A stretch of 64,000 bases of DNA from Mobula hypostoma (lineage: Eukaryota). Within the stretch, counting starts at the first letter, position 1. Each line of letters opens with the position of its first letter. Below, piece after piece: positions 12,431 through 24,100 of this stretch. Made by a program: the position numbers and the translations under genes. The notes beneath the pieces were generated by a model. The model made no database searches and was not told the DNA's origin. It worked only from the letters and a program-made list of their open reading frames with translations. The stretch covers positions 103,356,001 to 103,420,000 of the forward strand of contig NC_086107.1 of assembly GCF_963921235.1 (NCBI RefSeq), in the 5' to 3' direction.

Positions 12431-13149
12431 TTGATGGTCAGTCTTTGGAGCTTGAGAAACACCAATTGCCACAGCATTTTGTTTGCATTTAAGTGTAATT
12501 CAAACTTGAATTTCAATTACCAGCTGCTGTAATAGGGTTTGAACTCTAACTTTCAGGTTGAACTCGGGTTTTAACTTAATCACAATGCTACCAAAGCCCA
12601 GAGAAACAGTTTGGATTTTGTTCAGGGTGGTTGTCTGGTTGACTGGTATTTGTCTGGGATGTTGAGGGAATGGGGTTGTTTCTTTGAGGAGATGAAGGAT
12701 GTTGAACGAGAAAAACAGAGCGGAGCTGCACTGCCAACATGCCACTGGATAGTTGCTAGGTCTCCAGCTGCTGCTCGAACTGCAGCAACATTGCACTTGG
12801 GTTTTATCCAGTGACGCGATCTCTGTGCAATCTACAGCGACGTGCATCAAGACATAACAAGCAGGTGTCTTCCTGAAAGCACTGATGGTCAAGAAGGCCT
12901 TTGAAGTTTTTAATTAGCTTCTCCTGCTGGCACTTTCCACAGTCAGCTGTGGAGGCCAAGTCATTGGGTATATTTAAAACAGGGGCTGATGGATTCTTGA
13001 TTAGCAAAGGAGGGGTTGAGATGTAAAATAATCAGCCATGATTGAATAGCAGAGCAGACTCGATTGGCTGAATGGCCTAATTCTACTCCCACGTATTATG
13101 GTCTTTTCACGGCATATAAGGCAGTGATAATAAACGTCATTCTTGTATG

Positions 13150-13915
13150 CTTGGTGGTCAGCATGGTCTCAGTGGGCTTCTCCAAGGATCGGCCTCCTGT
13201 ATTGGTCCAGAGGCTCGTGAGTGGCTGAGGTCCCTGAGAGTGATGTTTCTGGAGCTTAGCTATCAGGTGCTTGGCTCCTGGTCACTCAAGGCGGTATGGT
13301 TGAGTGGGGCTCCTTACTAAATGCCATTGGCATTTAGGGCAGCAGTGAAGGTCCTCTATCTCTTGGCCATCTTCTCTACCGTGCCCAGGGTGTGGTCCAG
13401 GGTCCTCAGTTGCACTCAGATAGAGAGGACTTCTCGTTGCTGCTTCCGTAACAATTTTATTTTGACCAGTCAGGGTGGTTGGTCCTGAGCTGAACCTCTG
13501 AACCCTGAGGACTGTTGGACCACTCTTAGTCTGGCCTCTACCCTTTGACCTGTCTGACAAGGGTGACCCTACCAAGAGCCAAAGCACAAGGCCATGACTC
13601 CAGCCAACATCGCTCTCTGGATCATTGCGGCACGCAAGCCTCCAAACCCTCCCGGCAAGGTTGTGGTCCCCCTGGAGGACGGTCAAGTGGAGGTTCCAGA
13701 CAAAGAGCGATCCAATCAAGACCTCAGCGGTGGAGCTGGCGGAAGGTGAAGACACTTCACAACAGCAATGAAGGTGGGGGAAGGATCCCCAGTCATCTTG
13801 TATTCCATGTCACTGGACCCTGACCCCAATCTGTTAAGGACCATGTGCTGGCTGCCCGGACATCAGTCTTCCCATGTTAAACAAAGTCACACTCAAGCGT
13901 TCTTCATTAAGGGAA
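13150..13915. mobile_element. Cluster of RTE-derived non-autonomous fragments in both orientations
   Basis: 13680-13915 matches 5680-5920; 13420-13680 is the reverse complement of the type at 28100-28330. Confidence 0.55.
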
Positions 13916-14112
13916 TCCGCCCTATAATCCCGGAATTCAACCCCTTCGGGGAACACAATTCTCGACTCAAATTATTGCACTGCTTGACACTGTTAGTATG
14001 TCTTTATAATTCCACAACTTTAAAATGACTAATTTGGACACCAGATGTGAAAGGGGGTGGCATTATAAACAATTCCGACCATATTTTCAACCAAAGCCTC
14101 AGTCAGATCATT

Positions 14113-14708
14113 GCAAACATGAGGAAATCTGCAGATGCTGGAGATCCAGAGCAACACACCCAGAATGATGGGGGAGCTCAGCAGGCCAGGCAGCATCTGT
14201 GGAGAAGAGTAAACAGCCAACGTTTTGGGCCAAGACCCTTCCTTAGGACTGAGAGTGAAAGGAGGGGAGATGCCTGGGAAGGAGGCTAGCTGGAAGGTGA
14301 CAGGTGAAGTCAGGTGGGTGGGAAAGGTCAAGGGCTGGAGAAGAAAGAATCTGATAGGAGAGGAGGTGGGTGGGAAAGGTCAAGGGCTGGAGAAGAAAGA
14401 ATCTGATAGGAGAGGAGGTGGGTGGGAAAGGTCAAGGGCTGGAGAAGAAAGAATCTGATAGGAGAGGAGGTGGGTGGGAAAGGTCAAGGGCTGGAGAAGA
14501 AAGAATCTGATAGGAGAGGAGGTGGGTGGGAAAGGTCAAGGGCTGGAGAAGAAAGAATCTGATAGGAGAGGAGGTGGGTGGGAAAGGTCAAGGGCTGGAG
14601 AAGAAAGAATCTGATAGGAGAGGAGAGTGGTCAATTAGAGAAAAGGAAGAAGGAGGGGACCCAGGGGGAAGTAACAGGCAGGTGAGAACAAGTAAAAGGT
14701 CAGAGTAG
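14113..14708 (-). mobile_element. Older PLE terminal repeat containing a tandem amplification
   Basis: Same family as 37153-37620 and 17832-18305. Confidence 0.75.
14312..14623. repeat. Perfect tandem repeat, 6 x 52 bp
   Basis: aggtgggtgggaaaggtcaagggctggagaagaaagaatctgataggagagg starts at 14312, 14364, 14416, 14468, 14520, 14572. Confidence 0.95.
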
Positions 14709-14789
14709 TGGCTATTTTTGGAACCAATGTTAGTTCTTCTCTTTCCCAACCAATTATTCACAAGACTATCCCAAGGAAAGCCCCACTTT

Positions 14790-15380
14790 ACAGAAGGAAT
14801 AGGAGGAGTAAGTGTAGGACGGATACAATGAATTGTAGGTCCCAAGAGAGGCGGAGGGACCTGTGTACATATCCAAGCATCCCAGAAGGTGGCAGTGTAG
14901 GTAGATAAGGTCGTGAACAAGGAACATGGGATGTCTGTCTTCAGTAACTGGGGCACAGAATATCAGAGTGGGGAAGTTGTAAAACAATATTGATTTAGGC
15001 CACATCTGTTTACATTCCAGGTCGCCGCCTCTTAAGAAGAATGTGATTGCAGTGGAATTTCAGAGATTCACCAGGATGTTTGAGTTATGCAGAGGGATTC
15101 GGTGGGCCGGACTCTTATTCTTTGGAATGCAGGAGGCTGAAGGGGTTTGACAGAGGTATGAAGTGCATTTAAAAATGGTAGACTGCAGAACTATCCAAAA
15201 TAAAGAGCGCATGGGTTTCGGGCAAGGGTAAGAGTTTTAGAGAGAATCTGGAGAAGATTTTTGCCCAGAGGGTGTCTGGAACCTGAAATGCATTGGTAGT
15301 TAGTGGAGCCAGAGACTCTCATGAACACTTGAATCACCGTTGAAGGCTATGGACCATTTGTTTAGAAATGGGGTTAGTAT
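14790..15380 (+). mobile_element. Highly degraded CR1 3' fragment
   Basis: Remnants of cagagattcaccaggatg and ttgcccagagggtg in CR1 order. Confidence 0.6.
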
Positions 15381-16769
15381 ATTTAAAGACAATACACATT
15401 TTGGGTTGAGACCCTGCCCCAAAACATCATCAGTTTATTCCCCTCCATTGATGCTGCCTTATTTTGCTGAGTTTCTCCTGCATTTTGTGTGTGTTGCTTA
15501 AGATTTCCAGCATCCGTGGAGTCTCTTGTGTTGGTATCGTTACGTATTTGATTGCTGCTTTTTATGATGGGCAGAGTCAAATTTGTGCAATATGACTCCA
15601 CGATTGTTGATGCTAGAATCAATTCATACAAGGAAATGTTTTTGCAGGAAAGGTCTACGGAGGGAAAGCTAGCAAACAAAATGTTGCAATGGCTATAAAG
15701 CATTGAGGCCGTGGAAGGCACAACAGCTTGTTTTGGGGGACTTCGGGGTTCCTGGATTTCGGTTACACTTTGTCTTTTGCTGTTTCTGAGTGGTTTGATT
15801 GGGGGAGGGAATCAATGTGGTTTGGGGTGCTTCAGCGAAAAACGCTTGGCCCTGCGGTCTACAGCGGGCGAGCAGTGCAACGCTGGGCTGAACTAGACTG
15901 AACACTGCTGGTCTGATGGTCGACATTCTACGTGTTGTCTTCTTGCCTTTTGCCATTTGTGCAATTTGTTCTTTTACTGCACATTGGGTGTTCGATGTTT
16001 TCTTGAACAGGCTCCATGATGCTTCTTTGTTTCGTGGCTGCCTGTGGGGCGGGCGGGGGGGGGGGAGCAAGGGATCGAATCTCGGCGCTGTATTCTGTAT
16101 ACAGACTTTGATAACACATGTACTTTAATTCTTTAGAATTTCATCTTTTACCTTGTTCGGCTGTCTTTCCTTCCTGTCATGGTACCAATTACACTATTTA
16201 AAAAGCTTCCCACTTCCCTTCCTCAGCTTCCACTAAGGCCCCCGCTCTAAGCTGCAATCACTCCCCTCCTTTCAGGTCCTCGTCACTGCAGAGCCTAACT
16301 TTCCTTCTCAGCCTCCTCCCCAATCTCACCCCCTTAAGCCCCATGCAAGGCTCCTTACCCCTAAATCATCCTGACAATCTACTCACTCTTCATCCTGCTT
16401 TCTCCTTTTTACCTTTTTACACCCTCCACTTCACTTCACTTTCTCCTTATAACCTCTCTCTCCAGGTCACTTCCCTTGTTAGCCTCACCCCAATCATTTC
16501 CTAAGCCTTCAAACCCAATTCCTCTCCCTCAATGCTTCTGACCATTGTTTTCACTTCCCTCTCTCCAACAATCTAACACCATCTTCACTTCCCCCCTTCG
16601 ACGATCTAATGCCATCTTCACTTCCCTCTCCATTATCCAACCTCCTTTCCACACCTCTCCCTCCACTAATCCAACAACCTGTTCAAACCTCTCCCTCCAG
16701 CACTAATCAAATACCTTCCTCACCGCTCTCCCTCTCTCCACGTCCAGCACCCTGATCACCCCTCTCTCC

Positions 16770-17430
16770 CTCCATTAATCCAACACCCTCTTCACCCTTC
16801 TCCTTCCACCCCGCTAATCAACACCCTCTTCACCCCTCTCCCTCCCTTCCTCCACTAATCAACACCCTCTTCACTCCTCTCCCTCCCTCCACTAATCAAC
16901 ACCCTCTTCACCCCTCTCCCTCCCTTCCTCCACTAATCAACACCCTCTTCACCCCTCTCCCTCTCTTCCTCCACTAATCAACACCCTCTTCACTCCTCTC
17001 CCTCCCTCCACTAATCAACACCCTCTTCACTCCTCTCCCTCCCTCCACTAATCAACACCCTCTTCACCCCTCTCCCTCCCTCCACTAATCAACACCCTCT
17101 TCACCCCTCTCCCTTCACTAATCAACACCCTCTTCACTCCTCTCCCTCGCTCCACTAATCAACACCCTCTTCACCCCTCTCCCTCCCTCCACTAATCAAC
17201 ACCCTCTTCACCCCTCTCCCTCCACTAATCAACACCCTCTTCACTCCTCTCCCTCCCTCCACTAATCAACACCCTCTTCACTCCTCTCCCTCCCTCCACT
17301 AATCAACACCCTCTTCACTCCTCTCCCTCCCTCCACTAATCAACACCCTCTTCACTCCTCTCCCTCCCTCCATTAATCAACACCCTCTTCACTCCTCTCC
17401 CTCGCTCCACTAATCAACACCCTCTTCACT
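16770..17430. repeat. Pyrimidine-rich minisatellite, 33-41 bp units (mode 37)
   Basis: ccactaatcaacaccctcttcac(c/t)cctctccctccct repeated, decaying towards 16560. Confidence 0.95.
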
Positions 17431-17831
17431 TTCCCTTTCTTCCATGACAGAGCCATCCATTAATTCGTCTCCTCTTTTTAGTTCATCTTCCATTATTCAG
17501 AATGCCACAAAAAATAAGAGTTATTGATTATTCTAACTTGTCTATACTTCTCACTGGCAGTAAATCCCCGGCATAATCACTGTTGCCACACTCCCTGGAC
17601 CTTCTTGTCTTCCCTCTTCCATTGAGATAAGATACAAAAGCACAAAATCACCTACTTCCATGCTCAACCATTTCTCCTGACCTCACGATCTACCTCCCTG
17701 TGATCTTGCACCTTATTGTCTACCCACACTGCACTTTCTCTGTAGCTGTTCCACCTTATTCTGTAAACTTTTTACGTTGTTGTACTTAAATGCACTGTGT
17801 AATGATTTTATCTGTATGAACAGTATGCATT

Positions 17832-18305
17832 CAAGAGCAACACACACATAATGCTGAAGGAACTCAGCAGGGCAGGCGGCGTCGATGGAAATGAATTGAC
17901 GTTTTGGGCCGAGACCCTTCTTCAGGACTGGAAAGGAAGCAAGAAGACGCCAGAATACAGAGGAGGGGAGGAGGTTAGCTTGAAAGTGATCGGTGAAGCC
18001 ACGTGGGCAGGAAAGATAAAGGGTTGGAGAGGAAGGAATCTGATCGGAGAGCAGTGGGCCCCAGGAGAAAGAGGAGAGGGGCAGGGGGAGGCGAGAAGAG
18101 GTAAAAGGCCAGAGTGGGTAATAGAAGAAGGGAGGGAGGGGGACGCATTATGTTTACCGGAAGGAGAAATCGATATTTATGGCATCAGGTAGGAGGCTAC
18201 CCAAACAGAATATAAGGTGTTGCTCCCCCACCGTGAGGGTGGCCTCATCTTGGCACAAGAGGAGGCCGTGGACCTTCATATCGGAACGGGAATGACAATC
18301 AGAAT
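17832..18305 (-). mobile_element. Older PLE 3' fragment
   Basis: Terminal repeat plus ggaggctacccaaacagaatataaggtgttg (endonuclease C-terminus) as in 9370-9400. Confidence 0.75.
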
Positions 18306-18369
18306 ATCGGTACACGTGACGATAATAAACCAACTCTAATTTAAGTTAAACAACAGAAATAAAACAGAT

Positions 18370-18860
18370 CAACTTTCCCGCTTCAAAGAGCAGCCCTTCC
18401 GGTTTGTTTGTTTTGAGCTTTCACCCACTCCAACGCCAATTGGCCAGGCCAACTGAAGGCTGAAAGCTCTCATTGGTCACTGAGAAACATATGAAGATGT
18501 GCCGAAACTCTTCGCTCTAATTGGTTGCCTTTCGACGACCTCTGAACTGATGATAACTGGTACTTTCATTCGCAGCTGAGACTGTATGAATGACATCACT
18601 TTTTGAATGGATGATACGGTTGCCGGTTAAACCCATCCTGCAAGTCTATTCGATAATGCCTCCGCCTTGGAACCACATAGACAATGACGATTGGGCATTT
18701 TGAATGTCAATGAAACAGATTTCCCACCGGTTGGTTGGATTTTGCGGCTATCGTGATCTTCATTGGTTAACCCGTTTGTCAATCATAGTGAGGGGCAGCT
18801 TGTTCCTGATTGCTTGTTTCCATGTCAATCACGCTCAGGAGGCGGGTGCTTCCGTTGTCA
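18370..18860. promoter_or_regulatory. TATA-less promoter with multiple CCAAT boxes, E2F, ETS and GC boxes
   Basis: CCAAT/ATTGG at 18436-18443, 18472, 18520, 18690, 18762; TTTCCCGC 18374-18381; CTTCCGG 18396-18402; GGAGGCGGG 18838-18846; repeat-free and locally CpG-enriched. Confidence 0.75.
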
Positions 18861-18936
18861 TGTTTCCCGTCTGAAGGGGAGCTTGGAGACGGTGGAGGAG
18901 GAGGGTGACGCATCGGGCGAGGAGCGGCGAAGTGAG
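18830..18936 (+). other. Putative non-coding first exon of an unidentified gene (start approximate)
   Basis: CpG/G-rich segment directly after the promoter, ending in strong donor GAG|gtgagc, followed by G-run-rich intron sequence. Confidence 0.65.
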
Positions 18937-19054
18937 GTGAGCCGGGGCTGGGGGAGTAGTTTGCTGCCCGCTGGTGGGAGGAAAGTGCAGAGAGGAGATC
19001 GGCAGGTTAGAGGAGGGGAGTGAGATAAGGAGGTGGCAGGGGAGAGCGGTAGGC

Positions 19055-19140
19055 CTGGGGCTGGAGGTGTGTAGGTGGGGCTGGGGCTAGAGGTATGTAG
19101 GTGGGGCTGGGGCTAGAGGTATGTATGTGGGGCTGGGGCC
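19055..19140 (+). repeat. G-rich tandem repeat, about 3 x 26 bp
   Basis: ctggggctagaggtatgtaggtgggg units. Confidence 0.85.
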
Positions 19141-20210
19141 AGCATTGGAGTTTGAGACTGGTAGGTGGGATTAGGACTGGGGCTGGAGATAGAGAAATGC
19201 CATTAAGGACCCAGATCTTAGTGTTGGGGGTTGGGAAACGAAGTGGGGCTTGCGTGTCGGGGTTGTCTGGGTATAGGGGGCGGCAGTTTAGGGGTGAAAG
19301 ATACTGATATTTGCTGGAACTGGGGGAGAGTCTGATACTGAGGCTGGAGCAGAGGACTTTGAGTTGGGTATTTGAGTCTGCTAGGGGATAGTGATTAAGA
19401 AACTAGCCCTGTGCCAGATTCCGCACTAACTTTGGTTGCTTATAATTTAACCGATAATGGGGTGAGTGACATCATTGAAAGCAAATGTTGTGGTTTTTTG
19501 TCTCCTGTGTGGGGTTGGGCTTTATGCGCAATAAATACCAAGCGATTGGAGGGAATCAGTGGTCAAACGGCATCCTTAGAAGCAAAAGGATAGGTGACGT
19601 TTTGGGATTGAGATCAGGACTGGGAAAGTATAGCCAGTGAGGCAGGTGATGGGTCCAAACAAGTTGGAAGGGAGATGTTGGGCAGATAGACCCAGGAAAG
19701 GTAGTGGTAGAGTGGCTGGGGGGGTGATAAGGGGCTCTCTTGCTGTCCTCACATGCAGTCTCGATGTAGATGGAGTCTTGATCGCTATGTCAGCTATTCC
19801 CTTCCCTCCGCAGGTGCTACTGGACCTGTTGAGCTCCTCCAGCTGCCTGTTGCTCTAGATTGCAAAATATGCTGTCTGTTGTGCCTCCAAATGACTTCGC
19901 ACATGATGAGCAACATTCTGAGAAGGAATGAAAGAATAGATGTTATTTCCTTTAGCTTGAGAGCCTCTACCTGGTTTGGGGGGGTAGGGGGGGAGGCATC
20001 TTTTCAGGAATGGTAGTGAGTGAGGAAAACAGTCACTCACTAAGATTGTAGTGAATTTTTGGGACCTCTAAAGGCAGTTGTGGGGTTCGGTCTGAGTATA
20101 TTCATGACTGAGGTATAGAGATTCAATGCGAGGAAATGGGGATTGAGTGGGAAAGTGCCTCCCGCAGGTGTAATCAGCTATGGTAGAACAGAATCTGGGG
20201 ACTATATGGT

Positions 20211-20408
20211 CTCTCCTATCATTTTGGATCTCCCCCTCCCACTTTCAAATCTCTTGCTAGCTCTTCTTTCAGTTAGTCCTGATGAAGGGTCTTGGCCCGA
20301 AACGTCGACTGTACCTCTTCCTAGAGATGCTGCCTGGCCTGCTGCGTTCACCAGCAATTTTGATGTGTGTTGCTTGAATTTCCAGCGTCTGCAGAATTCC
20401 TCGTGTTT
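20211..20408 (+). mobile_element. Young PLE terminal-repeat insertion with 10-bp TSD
   Basis: actatatggt at 20201-20210 and 20409-20418; near identical to the reverse complement of 8900-9110. Confidence 0.9.
20275..20310 (+). ncRNA. Minimal type I hammerhead ribozyme motif, intact core
   Basis: agtc CTGATGA a ggg tcttgg ccc GAAA CGTC gact. Confidence 0.75.
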
Positions 20409-21013
20409 ACTATATGGTGTACTGCTTCTGTTGCGTTCTGACGTGAGGCCATTTATGATGTCTGTTTTGAGATTAGCTGATGTGGAAGAAGTTGAACATA
20501 AAATGCAGCCACTTAATTCAGTTTTGTCTGTGTGTATTTTGCAGTTACTCACAGGTACTGGGCGAAATGCTTTTACATATCATTGGCTTTGTGACTGCAA
20601 GGTAGTGTGGAGCTGTCGTACAATTGAGGTGGCTGAATTGAAGTGGCAGGGCACTGGCCTGAGAGTGCACCAAAGGGCACGGACCCAGTCCGAGAGCAAG
20701 GAATGACCTGTAGGTCTGAACACTTTAAGTGCTGGGGCCAGATTGGAAAGGTCAGGGTGTCGGGGCTGGTTCAATTGCTGCTCTGCAGGTTTCACTCAAC
20801 TCTGCACTGAACTTCAGCGTGCAGCTCTGTGAGGTTTACTCACCTCCGCACCGAACCGTGGCTGTGACCCACAACTATCACAGTGTGAACTCAGTTTTGT
20901 GAACTTCAGTTCTGAATGCTGTTTGCTTACTTTTATTGTTTGCACTTTTTAATTTCTCTGCATCTTGGGTGTTTGATGGTCTTCTTTGTTTTTAATGGGT
21001 TCTACTGGTATTC

Positions 21014-21101
21014 ACGAGGAAATCTGCAGGTGCTGGAAATTCAAGCAACACACATCAAAGTTGCTGCCTGGCCTGCTGCCTTCACCAGCAACTTTGGTGT
21101 G
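21014..21101. mobile_element. 88-bp fold-back PLE end with 13-bp TSD
   Basis: tctactggtattc at 21001-21013 and 21102-21114; cacatcaaagttgctg inverted as cagcaactttggtgtg. Confidence 0.85.
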
Positions 21102-24100
21102 TCTACTGGTATTCCTTGTTTTGTGGCTGCCTGTAAGGAGACGAATCTCAAGGTTGTATAAAGTGTATATACTTTGATAATGTACTTCGAATTTCAAACT
21201 TTTTGTAATTGTTACATTGGATGTTGCTATCTAAGTTAGTTTGAATGCTTGCACTTTTGTAACTAGGGATAAGAAATGTCAATTGATACAGGTACAATTA
21301 ATGTGATCAGCTCTAAATTGATTTCTCCATTTAAATATCTCCCTATAGTGATTTTTAGTGACTTGTTTCAGAAGCCAGCCAGTGCGACGGGGTTTGTGTA
21401 CTTCCTGTCAGACTGTGTGGATCGAAACATGAATTTCAGAGCTACATACTGTGAAACCTATCAGTTGTCTTTGAAATCTACAGTGTTCAGCCCAGCTGAC
21501 TTACAGTGAATGGATCCGTGGGCAGGGCCTGTGACGTGAGCATGCCTGTGTCTGGGCTTGCTGATCGGATTGTTATCTCATTGGCCAGGAAGCTGCATGT
21601 CCTTCTGCAATGTATACAGTGAGAGAAGGCAGGACTCACTTTTCAGGCAGCAATGTTCTATTGGATAGGTCTTATCTTTTTTAAATACTTCTCAAACTTG
21701 GGGAGGAAGGGCGGTAGGGCTCGGGTGCGGCTGACGCTGGAATCTTTGGGAAAAAAACACAACTCTGTGGCTTTGCCCCTTCCTTGGCTGTATGACCTGT
21801 CACTTCTGGGTTGCTATAATTTTCATTGGCAACTGTGTCTTCAGCTGTCTAAGCCCAGGATTTTGAGTAACCTTCCTTAATCCCTGCCACTCTACCTCTG
21901 CATATTATTCGTTAAAGCTCAGGTGAGGCACCTTGAGTCATTCTGCTGAGTTACAGGAGATGCAAGTTGAAAGTTGTTGCTGAGTATTGGACTAGAATTT
22001 AGAGCTTGGAGCTCCTTCTCCTTGGTCACTGGAGCTATTCAAATCATCATCCCTCTGAGGTTCACAAAGGTTTTCTTCTGTGAAACACTGTCCTTGCTGC
22101 ATTCAAGCCATCGCCTCCAATTAACTCATCCTCCCCACTTATTCCGAATTCTTTTGCTTCCTTCTCCCTTGTGTCTTAATCAAGCTTTCTCTAAAGTGTT
22201 GATGTTATTTATTTCCTTAAAGCACTGAATGTTGCTGTGATTCCACACTCTTGCTGCAGTGTGGGAAAATTCTCTCCAAATTTTTTGATCTTGTATTTTT
22301 GCTGTTTTGTTTTGGTTTTTCCAACAAGTGGCTCCCCGCATAACCACTGAATCAGAACTTTTCGCAACTGTTAAGAATGCTGAGCTGGCCTCTTCAGTCT
22401 TTTAAGAGAAAATGTTCCCAGAGCAGGTTTTGCTGATTGCATTTTGTTTTGGCCAATAACTTAAAAAATTTTTTTGTCATTTCTGGTGTTTCAGTTTCTA
22501 ATTTTAAATATAGTGGGAGAAATTGGATGTCGTCCTGCAAAAGTGTTTCTGTGAAAGTTTCATTTAACTTTAGCTCTCTTTTGCTGTTTAGTTCTCCACA
22601 GTTATGAACTGTTATTTAGAATATTAACCTTATTAAGTTAAAAGTTTGAAGTATCTATACATTATACCATATTGAGATTAGCTTCCCAACAGGCAGCTTT
22701 GAAACAAAAACCCAAAAGAACCCATTTTTAAAAAAGACTGTTGAGCACCCAGCATGCAGAGAAAAAAAAAATCATACCAACAATAAATGCAAGCAAATAG
22801 CATTTTGAACTGAAGTCCACAAAGTCTGTCCAGAGACCCTTAGTTCAGTACGGAGCAGAGCAGTGAGCTGAACTAGCCTCAGGCCCCGACACCCTGACAT
22901 TTTCAACCTGGCCTGGCACCTAAATCGTTGTCCAAACATCGGGTTCAATGGCTTTGATATGCTCTAGGGTCTGGAACCCGCCGCCTTGATTCGGCCTGTA
23001 CCCGAACTTTCTGATTTAGCTGGACACCTAAATCGATCGATCTTTAGGTCTTTCTCGCTCTTGATATTGAGCCCGCAGCCTTGTCTCGGTTTTGCCACAT
23101 TGAATTGCCTCCAAGTCCAAAGGGAAGTTACAGGCTATTGTTTGCAATGATAGTTTACCAGAAAAAGTGATTAATGAGGTATTTAGTATTATTCCATGTT
23201 TCATTAGCCACCAGCCAGAAGTCGCTGAGATCCTCCAGCGCCATCTTAACCAGAACCCATCTTAAATCAGATTAATTATTAAAGTATAAATTCTCTTTGC
23301 CAATGTGTGTGTCTCTTGCTTTCCGATAATATCTTTTTTTTGATTCAAGCCTGAATATCTGTTTTACATTAAGTTAGAAGAATGTGGTAGTAGGTTTTGC
23401 TGTTATGCTCTCCCACTGTGTAATGAGTTGAAAGGACCTGTTTATTTATATGTAGTGCGTTTTGTGATCTCGTGATGCTCTGCAGTGCTTTAGTCTTGGA
23501 AGTAGGTTTATGGTGAGGTCACTTATGCAATTTGTGATATTTGGCAACTATTATGTGATAAACTCTTTAACCCCCCCCCCCCCCCCACTCCAGACAGCAT
23601 TGTGATAATAGCACATTAATCTATTTCAGTGATGTTAGTTGAGGGATAAATATTGGCTAGAACACTGGGAAGAAATTCACTGGCACTTTGTCAAAATAGT
23701 TGATCTGTGACAATCAAATGAGTCTCCACTCACGCTTGCTACCTGGAGCTTATAATTCCTTGAACAAAATGGCAACTGCTGCTATCATTGTTACCAGGTC
23801 CGACCAGCTTGCAGGTATGCCTAGTGAGGCATGGTAGGTGACTTCTCATCCGGGTCGTGTTGTTCATCACTTGCCTCACGGTGGCAGTTAGGAAGATGGT
23901 TACATACGGATAGAAAGTGGCCTCTTCCCTCTGAATATTATGAGGAAGTGAAGTTAGTGATGCATTGATCTGCAGTTTAGGACCCTGAATGCTGGAAATA
24001 GATGGTGTTTTATGTAAGCTTGTAAAATGTTTGTGGGGAAAGTCTTAATTTTCTAATGAGTCTTCTATATTTTCTCCCTTTGGATAGTTTTTGTATGTAC

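Noticed and set aside
14312..17430. Tandem arrays as CRISPR-like loci
   Set aside because: No unique spacers and no cas genes; these are eukaryotic minisatellites
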